A DNA stretch of 64,000 bases from a bacterium. Its GTDB lineage: Bacteria; Desulfobacterota; S145-22. The stretch spans positions 7,870 to 71,869 of the forward strand of contig JALSPC010000165.1 of NCBI GenBank assembly GCA_026986155.1, given 5' to 3'. A program made the translations under genes and the position numbers. The notes under the pieces are model-generated. The model was given only the letters and a program-made list of their open reading frames with translations, did no database searches and was not told where the DNA came from. Numbering within the stretch: the first letter of the stretch is position 1; every line of letters starts with the position of its first letter. Shown here in pieces: positions 28,547-37,951 of the stretch.

Positions 28547-28573
28547 CCATCTTTCTTTAATAGGTTCACGGGA

Positions 28574-30541
28574 ATGCCCGTGGAATTTTTGCAGGAGGTG
28601 GCGTTGGCGGGAACGGTTGCCTACGAGGAAGAAAAGAATCCGACGATCTTACAGACCCTTTTCCGGGAGAAACCTCCCCATTACATTGTCGCGTTCTTCG
28701 CGGCCTCCCTGAGCATTTCCCTCTCCCTTTATCACCTGTTCATTTCTTACGCGGGGACGGTAGAGGCCCACGCCTTCCGATCGACGCACCTCGCCTTCGT
28801 GCTCGTCATCGCCTTCCTCATCAAGCCCCTGGGCAGGAAGACTTGGCGGGACCCCTACAAGTGGTATTCCTTCATCGATTTTATTCTCGTCGGGGCGGTC
28901 ATTGCCATCCAGGTTTACACCCTCTACGACATCGAGGCATTCATCTTTCGCCGGGGCGACCTGACGAACTGGGATATCTGGATGGGAACAGCCATGATCT
29001 TCATCCTCCTGGAGGCGACCAGAAGAACCGTCGGGTGGGCCATGGTGCTCATTTCCGGTTTTTTCCTCCTACACACCGCCTTTTCCAACCATTTCTTCTG
29101 GATCTTTTACGGCCCTCCCAACTCGTGGTTTACTATCGTCGATTATCTCTTCATGCGCGAGAACGGGATTTACGGCATCCCTCTCATGGTTATGGCGACC
29201 TATATCTTTCTCTTCATTCTCTTCGGGGCTATCCTGATGGAATCGGGGGCGGGAAAATTCTTCATCAACCTGGCCCTCGCGCTTACGGGGAGCCGGCGCG
29301 GCGGTCCCGCCAAGGCCTCTATCGTATCCAGCGCCTTGATGGCGACAGTCTCCGGAAGCGCCGTGGCCAACGTGGTCACGACGGGCACGTTTACCATCCC
29401 CCTCATGAAAAAGATAGGCTACCGCCCCCGGTTTGCCGCCGCCGTGGAGGCCTGTTCCTCCAGCGGAGGCCAGATTATGCCGCCGGTCATGGGAGCGGCT
29501 GCCTTCATCATCGCCGAGTTCCTCTCAATCCCCTACCTGAAGGTCTGCCTCGCGGCCTTCTTTCCCGCCATCCTCTACTTTTTCTCCATCTTTGTCATGG
29601 TGCATTTCGAGGCCGCGAAACACGATCTTGCCATGCTGGAAAAGGATGAGCTTCCCAACGCGAAGGAGGAGCTGAAACGGGGAGGACACCTATTCATCTC
29701 CCTCGCCGTCATCATCGGACTGCTGGTGGTGGGATACACGCCCATGTACGCGGCGTTCTGGGCCATCGTTTCCGTCCTGGTCTTGAGCTTTATCAAGAAG
29801 GAGACGCGCATGACGCCCCAGCGTCTTCTGTCGGCACTGGAGGACGGGGCGACCAAGGCCATTCCCGTGTCCATCGCGTGCGCCTGTGCCGGCATCATCA
29901 TCGGATCCGTCTTCGTTTCCGGCCTTGGGCTCAAGTTTACCAACCTCATCGTGACCATCGCGGCGGGAAGGCTCTGGATGGCCCTGTTTCTTACCATGAT
30001 TGCCTCCCTGATCCTGGGCATGGGCCTGACCACGACGGCGGTCTACATCACCGTGGCGGCCCTGGTGATTCCCGCTTTGGTCAAGATGGGCGTGGAGCCC
30101 ATCGCAGCGCACCTCTTCGCCTTCTATTTCGGCTTGGTGTCCGCCATCACTCCGCCGGTGGCTCTGGCGGCCTTCGCCGCGGCCGGAATCGCCGGATCCA
30201 ATCCCATGGAGACGGGGTTTTCCTCTTTTCGACTGGGAATTGCCAAGTATATCCTTCCCTTCGTTTTCGTTTACGGCCCGGGGCTGGTCTTCGTGGGCTC
30301 GTGGATCGACATCTTTCGGGCGATCGTGGCGACGACTCTGGGACTGTTCGCCCTGACTGTCGTCACGGAGGGTTGGCTCTATGGCCATGTTAACCTTGGG
30401 GCAAGGATCCTGATGTTCATTCCATCGGTTTTCCTCTTCCTGCCCCACATCCATTACAATTTGCTTGGAGTAGTTATCTTTGTGATTTTGGTTGTTTACT
30501 TGAAGAAAAAGAGCCGCCGGTCCGCGGCTTACACCACGTGA
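28574..30541 (+). CDS. TRAP transporter fused permease (TAXI-associated DctQM-like)
   Basis: 655 aa polytopic membrane protein. Fused small and large TRAP permease arrangement typical of TAXI systems. Confidence 0.85.
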   Translation: MPVEFLQEVALAGTVAYEEEKNPTILQTLFREKPPHYIVAFFAASLSISLSLYHLFISYAGTVEAHAFRSTHLAFVLVIAFLIKPLGRKTWRDPYKWYSFIDFILVGAVIAIQVYTLYDIEAFIFRRGDLTNWDIWMGTAMIFILLEATRRTVGWAMVLISGFFLLHTAFSNHFFWIFYGPPNSWFTIVDYLFMRENGIYGIPLMVMATYIFLFILFGAILMESGAGKFFINLALALTGSRRGGPAKASIVSSALMATVSGSAVANVVTTGTFTIPLMKKIGYRPRFAAAVEACSSSGGQIMPPVMGAAAFIIAEFLSIPYLKVCLAAFFPAILYFFSIFVMVHFEAAKHDLAMLEKDELPNAKEELKRGGHLFISLAVIIGLLVVGYTPMYAAFWAIVSVLVLSFIKKETRMTPQRLLSALEDGATKAIPVSIACACAGIIIGSVFVSGLGLKFTNLIVTIAAGRLWMALFLTMIASLILGMGLTTTAVYITVAALVIPALVKMGVEPIAAHLFAFYFGLVSAITPPVALAAFAAAGIAGSNPMETGFSSFRLGIAKYILPFVFVYGPGLVFVGSWIDIFRAIVATTLGLFALTVVTEGWLYGHVNLGARILMFIPSVFLFLPHIHYNLLGVVIFVILVVYLKKKSRRSAAYTT

Positions 30542-30553
30542 GGGGGGGAAGGT

Positions 30554-30742
30554 ATGAAGCGAAAAATCGTATCCTGGTTTCCATTGATTCTATGGGTTGT
30601 CCTGTTCTACTTCATCGCCGTTTACCACGTGGCGAGCATCCACTACAATCTCTTCCTGCTTTCACTGATTGCGTCTGCGTTTCTCATCGTGGGGATCTAC
30701 GTTTTGGGGTCGAAAAGACCGACAGGGAAGGACGGCGTTTAG
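30554..30742 (+). CDS. Small two-TM membrane protein (62 aa) downstream of the TRAP permease
   Basis: GGAAGG RBS 3 nt before ATG 30554. Two hydrophobic helices. Low certainty. Confidence 0.4.
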   Translation: MKRKIVSWFPLILWVVLFYFIAVYHVASIHYNLFLLSLIASAFLIVGIYVLGSKRPTGKDGV

Positions 30743-31167
30743 GCCACGCCAGCGCGGTGTTTTGGGTTCGTCAACTCTTCGATCAAAGATACCAGCTGTG
30801 TGATACGAAAGGGTTTTTTCAGGAAGTTCAGGGTAGGGGAAAGGTTGTTTTTCAGGGTGAGGGCCGCATCTTTCCCCTCGGCCTCCCGGCTCGCGTCGAA
30901 CCAGCCGCTGATAAAGAGGATGGGCATTGTAGGATCCAGGTCGTGGATTTCCTTTGCCATCTGAAAGCCGTTTTTGCGCGGCATGCGGATATCCGCGATG
31001 ACAAGATCGATTTCCTTTTCTTTCTTGAAAACTTCGATGCCTTCTTCGCCATCTCGGGCCTGAATGATTTCGTAGCCCTTGAATTCGAGGATTTCAACGA
31101 GCATGTTGCGAAAGAGGGGATCGTCGTCCACAACGAGGAGTCTTTTCGGCATGGTGCTTTTTTCCAT
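30739..31167 (-). CDS. Single-domain CheY-like response regulator
   Basis: …KRLLVVDDDPLF…DLVIADIRMP…FISGW…KP… receiver signatures. Start at 31167 (MEKST…) or 31152 (MPKRLL…). Lies immediately downstream of the MEMO1-AMMECR1 gene. Confidence 0.75.
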   Translation of the reverse strand: MEKSTMPKRLLVVDDDPLFRNMLVEILEFKGYEIIQARDGEEGIEVFKKEKEIDLVIADIRMPRKNGFQMAKEIHDLDPTMPILFISGWFDASREAEGKDAALTLKNNLSPTLNFLKKPFRITQLVSLIEELTNPKHRAGVA

Positions 31168-31168
31168 T

Positions 31169-32572
31169 TCAAAAGATATCCGCGGAGAAGACGTAGATCT
31201 TCGCGTCCGGGTCCTTATAGGCCATGGGATGGAGGCCCGCCTTGAGACAGGTCTGCTGCAGGAACTCTTCCCGGTTCCACCCGTATTCCGTGGCAACCTG
31301 GGGGAGAAGCAACCCTGAGTAGAGGCCTTTTTGGATGTAGAGGCCGTGGGTGCCTACCTGGATCTCAGACAGGTCCGCAATCTCCTTGAAAGGGGTGAGC
31401 GCGGAGATCTCTATCTCGACGGACGGCCATTCATCTTTGGTAAGCGGAGGGAATCTCGGGTCCTGGAAGGCGGCAGCCACGGCCATCTCCTGGACGGAGG
31501 CGGCCAGGGGTTTGACGGGCTGGATCAGACCGATGCAGCCCCGCAGGTACCCGTTTTTCGTGAGGGTAACGAAGGCGCCCCGGGTTTCCTCGAGGGTGGG
31601 TGTGAGCGGGGGAAGGGGCGGCATGGGTTTGCCTTCCAGCCTGCTCTCGATGGCTTCCCGCGCGATGGTGTGGAGGATCCGTTTCTCTTCATCCGTCAGA
31701 CCCAGATCAACCCCGACCTTTTTGCCTGATTTTCCATCTTCAGGTTTGAAAAAGACGGCGGACAGGTATCCTACCACGGCCTGGCGGTCTCCCGTAATGT
31801 CCCCGGAGTTCGCGTAGGCCAGAACCTTGGCGCTCGTGGCCCCCAAGGCGCGGGCCGTGAGCATGGCGGTGATCATGGGCCCGCCGCCGCAAGCCTCGGC
31901 CTTTCCCGAGTTGAGAACCTCGTGCAGCCCCGCCGGATCAAAACGATCCAGGGCTTCAGCCACCCGCGCGTCCAGCTTTCGTGCCTCCCCGTCGGGATGG
32001 TAGTGGGAGAGGTCGGAGCTGGCCACCACGAGGGCCTTTTTCCCCTCGAGAACCTGGGTAAGCGCCGCTTTCAATCGCTCACACGTGGCATAGTCCTGGG
32101 ATCCCATCACGATGGGCAGGAGCCTGAACTCGGCAAGCGCCCTTTGGAGGAAGGGCACCTGAACCTCGAGGGCGTGTTCCTGCTCGTGGACCTGGGGATG
32201 GAACTGGATAACAGGATCCTGCGCCATCAGGGCCTCGCAGGCCTCCCGGTCCACACGGGCCGTGCCGAGAGGCGTGAGGTAATCCCCCGCGGCGTAGACC
32301 GAGGCCCCCTTGAAATAGGCACGGTGGCTCGGCGAGATGACCACCACGAGGTCGTAACGGTTGCCTCGGACGGTTTTATAGCCGTAGGCGGCGATTTGCC
32401 CGGAATAGATGTATCCCGCGTGGGGACTGACGAGCGCGAGGATCTCTCCTTCAACGGGGGGAGGGTCGGCGTTTTCCAGAAAGGTGTCGATCTGCGCGGA
32501 GAGTTCATCGGGCGCACCGGGGTAGAACATCCCGGCCACGGCCGGCCGCCTGTCTCTCTTGATCTTTTCCAT
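31169..32572 (-). CDS. Fused MEMO1-like (AmmeMemoRadiSam protein B) and AMMECR1 (protein A) domain protein
   Basis: N-terminal half carries …HAGYIYSGQIAAYGY… (MEMO1). C-terminal half carries …RGCIGLIQP… (AMMECR1). GGGAGGTG RBS. Confidence 0.8.
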   Translation of the reverse strand: MEKIKRDRRPAVAGMFYPGAPDELSAQIDTFLENADPPPVEGEILALVSPHAGYIYSGQIAAYGYKTVRGNRYDLVVVISPSHRAYFKGASVYAAGDYLTPLGTARVDREACEALMAQDPVIQFHPQVHEQEHALEVQVPFLQRALAEFRLLPIVMGSQDYATCERLKAALTQVLEGKKALVVASSDLSHYHPDGEARKLDARVAEALDRFDPAGLHEVLNSGKAEACGGGPMITAMLTARALGATSAKVLAYANSGDITGDRQAVVGYLSAVFFKPEDGKSGKKVGVDLGLTDEEKRILHTIAREAIESRLEGKPMPPLPPLTPTLEETRGAFVTLTKNGYLRGCIGLIQPVKPLAASVQEMAVAAAFQDPRFPPLTKDEWPSVEIEISALTPFKEIADLSEIQVGTHGLYIQKGLYSGLLLPQVATEYGWNREEFLQQTCLKAGLHPMAYKDPDAKIYVFSADIF

Positions 32573-32629
32573 TTTTGCACCTCCCGTAAGAGGTTTCTGA
32601 GTCCTCCATGCTTCCAGAGGAGGCTTTCG

Positions 32630-33079
32630 TCAGGCGCGGGGCGGGCTTTCCAAGAGGAGCGTGAAGGGCCCGTCGTTGACGAGGGTCACCTCCATCATCT
32701 CCCGGAAGACCCCTTCCTGGATGGGAACGCCCTTCAAGGCCAACCTGCTCACGAAGTCCCTGTAAAGGGCCTCGGCCCGCTCGGGGGATTCCGCTTCCGT
32801 GAATGAGGGGCGCCGTCCCTTGCGGCAGTCTCCGTAGAGGGTGAACTGGGACACCACGAGAATCTCGCCCCCCACGTCTCGGACGCTGAAATGGATATGC
32901 CCCCGGGTGTCCTCGAACATGCGAAGCTCCGGTATCTTCTTCGCCAAGGTCTCGGCGTCTGATTCCGTGTCGCCTCTGCCGATGCCGACAAAAACGAGCA
33001 GGCCCCTGCCGATGGCGGCGACGGTTCTTCCCGTCACCTTGACGCCTGCCTGAGACACCCTTTGGAGCACCGCTTTCAT
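32630..33079 (-). CDS. dtd: D-aminoacyl-tRNA deacylase
   Basis: MKAVLQRVS…SQFTLYGD… conserved Dtd motifs. 149 aa from Met at 33079. Confidence 0.85.
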   Translation of the reverse strand: MKAVLQRVSQAGVKVTGRTVAAIGRGLLVFVGIGRGDTESDAETLAKKIPELRMFEDTRGHIHFSVRDVGGEILVVSQFTLYGDCRKGRRPSFTEAESPERAEALYRDFVSRLALKGVPIQEGVFREMMEVTLVNDGPFTLLLESPPRA

Positions 33080-33142
33080 ATTATATCCCGATGTCGCGGG
33101 TTGCAAGTGGCGGGAATCGTGCCGGAAAAGGGGAGATGCGGC

Positions 33143-35233
33143 CTATTCCTCTTCCGCCGCCTGCTTCTGCGCCACGATCTTGTCCTTGAGGTGGGCGGGG
33201 ACCTCCTCGTAGTGAGAGAACTCCATGGTGAAGTTCCCGCGCCCCCCCGTCATGGACCGCAGGTCCGGGGCGTATTTGAGGACCTCCGCCATGGGCACCA
33301 GGGCTTTGACAATCTGGTATTTCCCCTTGGAGTCCATGCCCAGGACCTTGCCCCTCCGGCTGTTGATGTCGCCCATGATATCCCCGAGGTTTTCTTCGGG
33401 TGTGATAATTTCCATCTTCATGATGGGCTCGAGCAGGATGGGACTGGCTTCCTGGACTCCCTTCTTGAAACACATGGACGCGGCGATCTTGAACGCCATC
33501 TCCGAGGAGTCGACCTCGTGGGACTTTCCGTCGTAGAAACGGACCTTGACGTCCACGACCGGATACCCCGCCACAACGCCGCTGGCCATGGCCTCCAGGA
33601 TTCCCTTTTCCACCGCCGGGACGAACCCGCGGGGAACGTTCATTCCCGTCAGGGCGTTTTCGAACTCGAAGCCCTTGCCGCGGGGCAGGGGAGAGATATC
33701 GAAATGGACCTCGGCGAACTGTCCATGCCCTCCGGTCTGCTTCTTGTGGCGGTAAATGACGCCCTTGGCAGTTTTCTTAATGGTTTCTTTATAAGGGACC
33801 TTGGGGATGCTCAAATCCACTTCCACCCCGAACTTCCGTTTCATCTTTTCCAGGGTTGTTTCGATGTGCAACTGTCCCATCCCCGTGATGAGGATTTCGC
33901 GGGTTTGCTCGTCACGGCCCAACTGGATGGTGAGATCCTCTTCCATCAGGCGCTGGAGGGACGAGGCGACCTTGTCTTCGTCTCCCCGAGACTTGGGCCT
34001 GAGGGCGAAGGTAATCATGGGGTTGGGGAGCCTGGCGGGCTCGTAGACAATGGGATCTCCCTCGTCGCAGAAGGTATCTCCCGTGGTGGTTTCCTTTAGT
34101 TTGGCCACGGCGATCAGCTCACCCACCGAGGCGGACCCGACCCCTTCTTGTTTCTTGCCGACGAGGCGGAAGATCTGTCCGATGCGCTCCTTCGCGTCCT
34201 TGGTGACATTGTAGAGGGTGGTATCGGCTTGGACCGTTCCGGAATAGACCCGAAAGATGGTAAGTCGTCCCGCGAAGGGATCACTGATGGTTTTGAAGAC
34301 GAATGCGGAAAAGGGGGCGTCCGGGCTCGGTTCACGGGTGATCTCTTCATCCGTTCCCGGTTTTTTGCCCTTGACGGGACCCCGGTCGATGGGCGAGGGG
34401 AGGGCGGCTGTTACCAGGTCGATGAGATGTGAAATCCCGATGTTTTTTGCGGCGGAACCGCAAAGGACGGGAACGAACTGACGTTCACACGTTCCTTTCT
34501 TGAGGCAGCCGAGGAGCTCCTCGTCGGTTAGTTCGTTGCCTTCCAGGTATTTCTCCATCAGTTCGTCGTCGGCTTCCACGAGGGCCTCCACCATCCGTTC
34601 CCGGAACGTGGCGACCGTGTCCGTAAACTCCTCGGGAACATCCTGTTTTTCGAACTTGCCGGACGCGTCATCAGAGAAGATATAGGCCTCCCGGGACAAA
34701 AGATCGACGAAGCCCTTGAAGTCGGATTCCTTCCCGATGGGGTAGACGAGGGGCACCATGCGCGTGCCCTTGAAGTTAGCCTCCAGGTCCTCGAGCGCGG
34801 ATTCAAAGTTCGATCGTTCCGCATCCATCCGGTTGATGAAGACGACCCTTGGAATTTCGTATTCGTCGGCGAAGTCCCAGACGGTGCTGGTCTGAACCTT
34901 GACGCCGTCGTTGGCCGAGACAACCACCACGGCCCCGTCCACGACCCGCATGCAGGCCTTGGTATCCCCGATGAAGTTGGCGTAACCGGGGGTGTCGATC
35001 CAGTAAACGAGGTGACTGTTCCATGGGAAATTGGCGATGGAGGCGAGAATGGAGCCCCCGCGTTTGATTTCTTCCGGCTCGAAGTCCATCAGGGAGGTTC
35101 CGTCATCCACTCTTCCAAGCCGGGTGTTGACGCCCGAAAGAAAGAGGGCGGCTTCCGTTATCGAGGTCTTTCCGTCTCCCCCGTGTCCAATGATCGCGAT
35201 GGTCCTGATGAATTCCGTGTCAACACTTTTCAT
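33143..35233 (-). CDS. Elongation factor G paralog (EF-G family translational GTPase)
   Basis: G-domain motifs (AIIGHGGDGKTS, DTPG, NRMD). 696 aa with EF-G domains II-V. Confidence 0.88.
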   Translation of the reverse strand: MKSVDTEFIRTIAIIGHGGDGKTSITEAALFLSGVNTRLGRVDDGTSLMDFEPEEIKRGGSILASIANFPWNSHLVYWIDTPGYANFIGDTKACMRVVDGAVVVVSANDGVKVQTSTVWDFADEYEIPRVVFINRMDAERSNFESALEDLEANFKGTRMVPLVYPIGKESDFKGFVDLLSREAYIFSDDASGKFEKQDVPEEFTDTVATFRERMVEALVEADDELMEKYLEGNELTDEELLGCLKKGTCERQFVPVLCGSAAKNIGISHLIDLVTAALPSPIDRGPVKGKKPGTDEEITREPSPDAPFSAFVFKTISDPFAGRLTIFRVYSGTVQADTTLYNVTKDAKERIGQIFRLVGKKQEGVGSASVGELIAVAKLKETTTGDTFCDEGDPIVYEPARLPNPMITFALRPKSRGDEDKVASSLQRLMEEDLTIQLGRDEQTREILITGMGQLHIETTLEKMKRKFGVEVDLSIPKVPYKETIKKTAKGVIYRHKKQTGGHGQFAEVHFDISPLPRGKGFEFENALTGMNVPRGFVPAVEKGILEAMASGVVAGYPVVDVKVRFYDGKSHEVDSSEMAFKIAASMCFKKGVQEASPILLEPIMKMEIITPEENLGDIMGDINSRRGKVLGMDSKGKYQIVKALVPMAEVLKYAPDLRSMTGGRGNFTMEFSHYEEVPAHLKDKIVAQKQAAEEE

Positions 35234-35420
35234 GGATAGTAGACTCCTTTCTCCGGGGCCGGGCCTTGCGCCCTCCCGCCGTATTTTTGTCGTGTCTCTT
35301 TTTATGCGAGTATAAATACCTACCGATAATTCCCCTAAAAGTCAAGCGTAAAGGATTTGATCCGTTGGGAAGCAAAGGCCTTTCCGGTCAAGGTTTTTTA
35401 CGCCAGCGAGGCGTCGCGTA

Positions 35421-35449
35421 TTGACAGGAAACCCTCTTGTGGTAAATTT
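35421..35449 (+). promoter_or_regulatory. Candidate promoter (TTGACA-N17-AAATTT) for the NMT1-like binding protein gene
   Basis: TTGACA at 35421-35426. AAAGGAGGG RBS at 35461-35469. ATG at 35474. Confidence 0.3.
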
Positions 35450-35473
35450 CCAAAAAAAGAAAAGGAGGGTTTT

Positions 35474-36457
35474 ATGAAGAAGGGAATGATTGGAATTTTG
35501 ATGGTGGTTTTATGCTTGGCCGCCGTCGTTCCGATGGCATCCGCCGGGGACCCGCTGGTCATCGGCCTTCCCACGTGGGTGGGGAACGGTCCTCTCTACC
35601 TGGCGCGTGACAAGGGATACTTCGGAGACCTGAAGGTCGATCTTAAGATCATGGACGACATCACTATGCGTTTCGCCGCCCTGTATTCCAAGAAGCTCGA
35701 CGGGGTTTCCACTGTCATCAGCTCTTTCGTCCTGTTGAGCAAGAAACACGTGCCCTGCAAAATGGTCATGGCTCTGGACGACTCCTACGGGGGGGACGGC
35801 ATCCTGGCCAAAAAGAGCATCAAGTCCCTTAAGGACCTGAAGGGAAAGAAGGTCGCCTACAAGTTCGGCTCCGCTTCCGAGTGGTTTCTCGTCCACCTTT
35901 TGAAAAAGGTGGGGCTGAGCATCAAGGATATCAAGAGCATCAACATGGAGCCGGGCGCCGCGGGTACCACCTTCATCGCTGGCAAGGTCGACGCCGCCGT
36001 GACCTGGGAACCCTACCTGACCAAGGGTAAGAACACGCCCCACGGACACTTGCTCATCGACAGCCGGAAGACCCCAATGCTCATTATGGACACGGTCCTC
36101 TTCCGCGACGAGGTCATCAAGAAGCGGCCGGCCGACGTCAAGAAGTTCGTCAAGGGTGTCCTCAAGGCCATCGATTTCTACAAAAAACACCCGGACCAGT
36201 CCTATGCCATTATGGCAAAGGGTATCGGCGGCTGGCTGAAGAAGCCAAAGGCATTCGCCGAGACCATGAAAGGCGTCCGGCTGTATGACTTAAAGTTCAA
36301 CAAGAAGTTCTTTGGAACACCCCAGAAACCGGGAGACGTCTACAAGGCCCTGAAGGATCGAATCGAGGTCTGGGAAAGCCTGAAGAAATTGACGTGGCAT
36401 CCCAAGCCGGAGGATTTCTTTGACAGTTCCTTCATCGCGGGGATCAAGGGATTGTAG
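35474..36457 (+). CDS. ABC transporter substrate-binding protein, NMT1/THI5-like (nitrate/sulfonate/bicarbonate family)
   Basis: Signal peptide MKKGMIGILMVVLCLAAVVPMASA. Periplasmic binding fold. No adjacent cognate permease or ATPase. Confidence 0.75.
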   Translation: MKKGMIGILMVVLCLAAVVPMASAGDPLVIGLPTWVGNGPLYLARDKGYFGDLKVDLKIMDDITMRFAALYSKKLDGVSTVISSFVLLSKKHVPCKMVMALDDSYGGDGILAKKSIKSLKDLKGKKVAYKFGSASEWFLVHLLKKVGLSIKDIKSINMEPGAAGTTFIAGKVDAAVTWEPYLTKGKNTPHGHLLIDSRKTPMLIMDTVLFRDEVIKKRPADVKKFVKGVLKAIDFYKKHPDQSYAIMAKGIGGWLKKPKAFAETMKGVRLYDLKFNKKFFGTPQKPGDVYKALKDRIEVWESLKKLTWHPKPEDFFDSSFIAGIKGL

Positions 36458-36483
36458 AAATACCAGATAGCATTTTACCGCAA

Positions 36484-36511
36484 GGGGAGGCGTGACGCTT
36501 CCCCTTTTTTT
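36484..36511 (+). terminator. Rho-independent terminator
   Basis: 9-bp stem GGGGAGGCG / CGCTTCCCC with loop TGA, then T7. Confidence 0.7.
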
Positions 36512-36639
36512 ATGGATGACAGGTTACGTTCTTGAATTCCCTTATTGACATGCGACAAACGTTGTATTAAAGTCAGACTTATGTTAAATATGAAAAATAA
36601 CAAAACTAAGAAAACAGATCAGAAAAGAGGAGGAGAAAC

Positions 36640-37887
36640 ATGGGTAAAAAGCAGTGGGCGGTAATCTTCAGTATTGCGGTGATGGCCGTCTTTTTCATCA
36701 CCGGGGCGGGGCATGCCGCGGGCGGTACCTGGCGGATCGGGACGATCTATCCCCTCACGGGCCCCCTTTCCAAGAACGGGGTGAAGAATTTTGACGGGGT
36801 CAAGATCGCGACCCAGATGATCAACGACGCTGGAGGCGTCTTGGGGAAAAAGGTGGTGCTGGTCAGCGCCGACGCGCCCAATCCCCAGGCGGCGGCGAGC
36901 GAGGCGAACCGCCTCATCACAAACGAAAAGGTGACCTGCATCATCGGGACACAGGCCAGCAGCCTTTCCCTGGCGGCCACCGTGGTGGCGGAGAAGAACA
37001 AGGTCTTCTACATTGAAACGGAGGGGGTCTCCGGCCTCATCACGGCGCGTGGTTTCAAGTACCTCTTTCGGACCACGTTCAGCAGTGGGATGATGTCCGC
37101 CCAGATGGTGGACTACATCGCCAAGGTAGTTGCCCCCAAGATGGGCAAGAAGCCTTACGATTTGAAGATCGCGGTCATCCACGAGGACGGGGGATTCGGA
37201 ACGGCCATCAGCAAGGGATTGAAGGCGCGGGCCGAGGGCCTGAAGCTGAACATCGTCTCGGACCTGAGTTACAGCGCCAAGGCGACGGATCTCTCAGGCC
37301 TGGTGTTGAAGCTCAAGCAGGTCAAACCGGATATCGTCCTGGCCGTGCAGTATATCAACGACGCCATTCTCTTCCACCGTCAGGCCAAAGAGCTCCGCCT
37401 GAAGAGCATCATCATGGGAACGACGGCTGGGCAGGGCAATCCCGATTTCGTCAAGGCCCTGGGAAAGGACGCCGACGGGGTGATCGCCTTCGGAATTCCC
37501 TCGGAGTTTTCCATCAAGAATCTTTCCTCCCAGCCAAAAACGGACGCGGCAGAGTTCGTGAAGCGCTACAAGGACTCCCATAACGGGGCGTATCCCAGCC
37601 CCACCTCGTTCGTGGGGTTTGCCGGTGCGTGGATTCTCTACAAGTTCATCCTGCCACGTGCCAAGAGCCTCGATCCCGAGAAGCTCCGCGAGGCGGCGCT
37701 GAGTTTGGACGTTCCCAAGGGCCAGGGGGTGTTGAATTGGGGGATCAAGTTCGCCGGTCCCGGCGCGAAAAACGCCGGCCAAAACCTGCGGGCCTCCGCC
37801 GGGATCAACCAGTGGCAGAAGGGGAAATTGCGCCTCATCTGGCCCAAGGAAGTGGCCACGGCAGACCTTATTGTGAAGGTCAAGTAG
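36640..37887 (+). CDS. livK: Branched-chain amino acid ABC transporter substrate-binding protein (LivK/LivJ family)
   Basis: GAGGAGGAG RBS. Signal peptide. Leu/Ile/Val-binding protein fold. Confidence 0.85.
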   Translation: MGKKQWAVIFSIAVMAVFFITGAGHAAGGTWRIGTIYPLTGPLSKNGVKNFDGVKIATQMINDAGGVLGKKVVLVSADAPNPQAAASEANRLITNEKVTCIIGTQASSLSLAATVVAEKNKVFYIETEGVSGLITARGFKYLFRTTFSSGMMSAQMVDYIAKVVAPKMGKKPYDLKIAVIHEDGGFGTAISKGLKARAEGLKLNIVSDLSYSAKATDLSGLVLKLKQVKPDIVLAVQYINDAILFHRQAKELRLKSIIMGTTAGQGNPDFVKALGKDADGVIAFGIPSEFSIKNLSSQPKTDAAEFVKRYKDSHNGAYPSPTSFVGFAGAWILYKFILPRAKSLDPEKLREAALSLDVPKGQGVLNWGIKFAGPGAKNAGQNLRASAGINQWQKGKLRLIWPKEVATADLIVKVK

Positions 37888-37951
37888 TCTGAAACCCTCC
37901 TGACCGCGGGTTCGGGATGGTCATGGTGTCCCGAACCCGCGCGAGTTTTTT

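Noticed and set aside
36544-36575. TTGACA…TATTAA promoter-like motif upstream of the Liv binding protein gene.
   Set aside because: The spacer is only 14 nt to the best -10 candidate, and the alternative -10 is poor. It is not reported as a feature.
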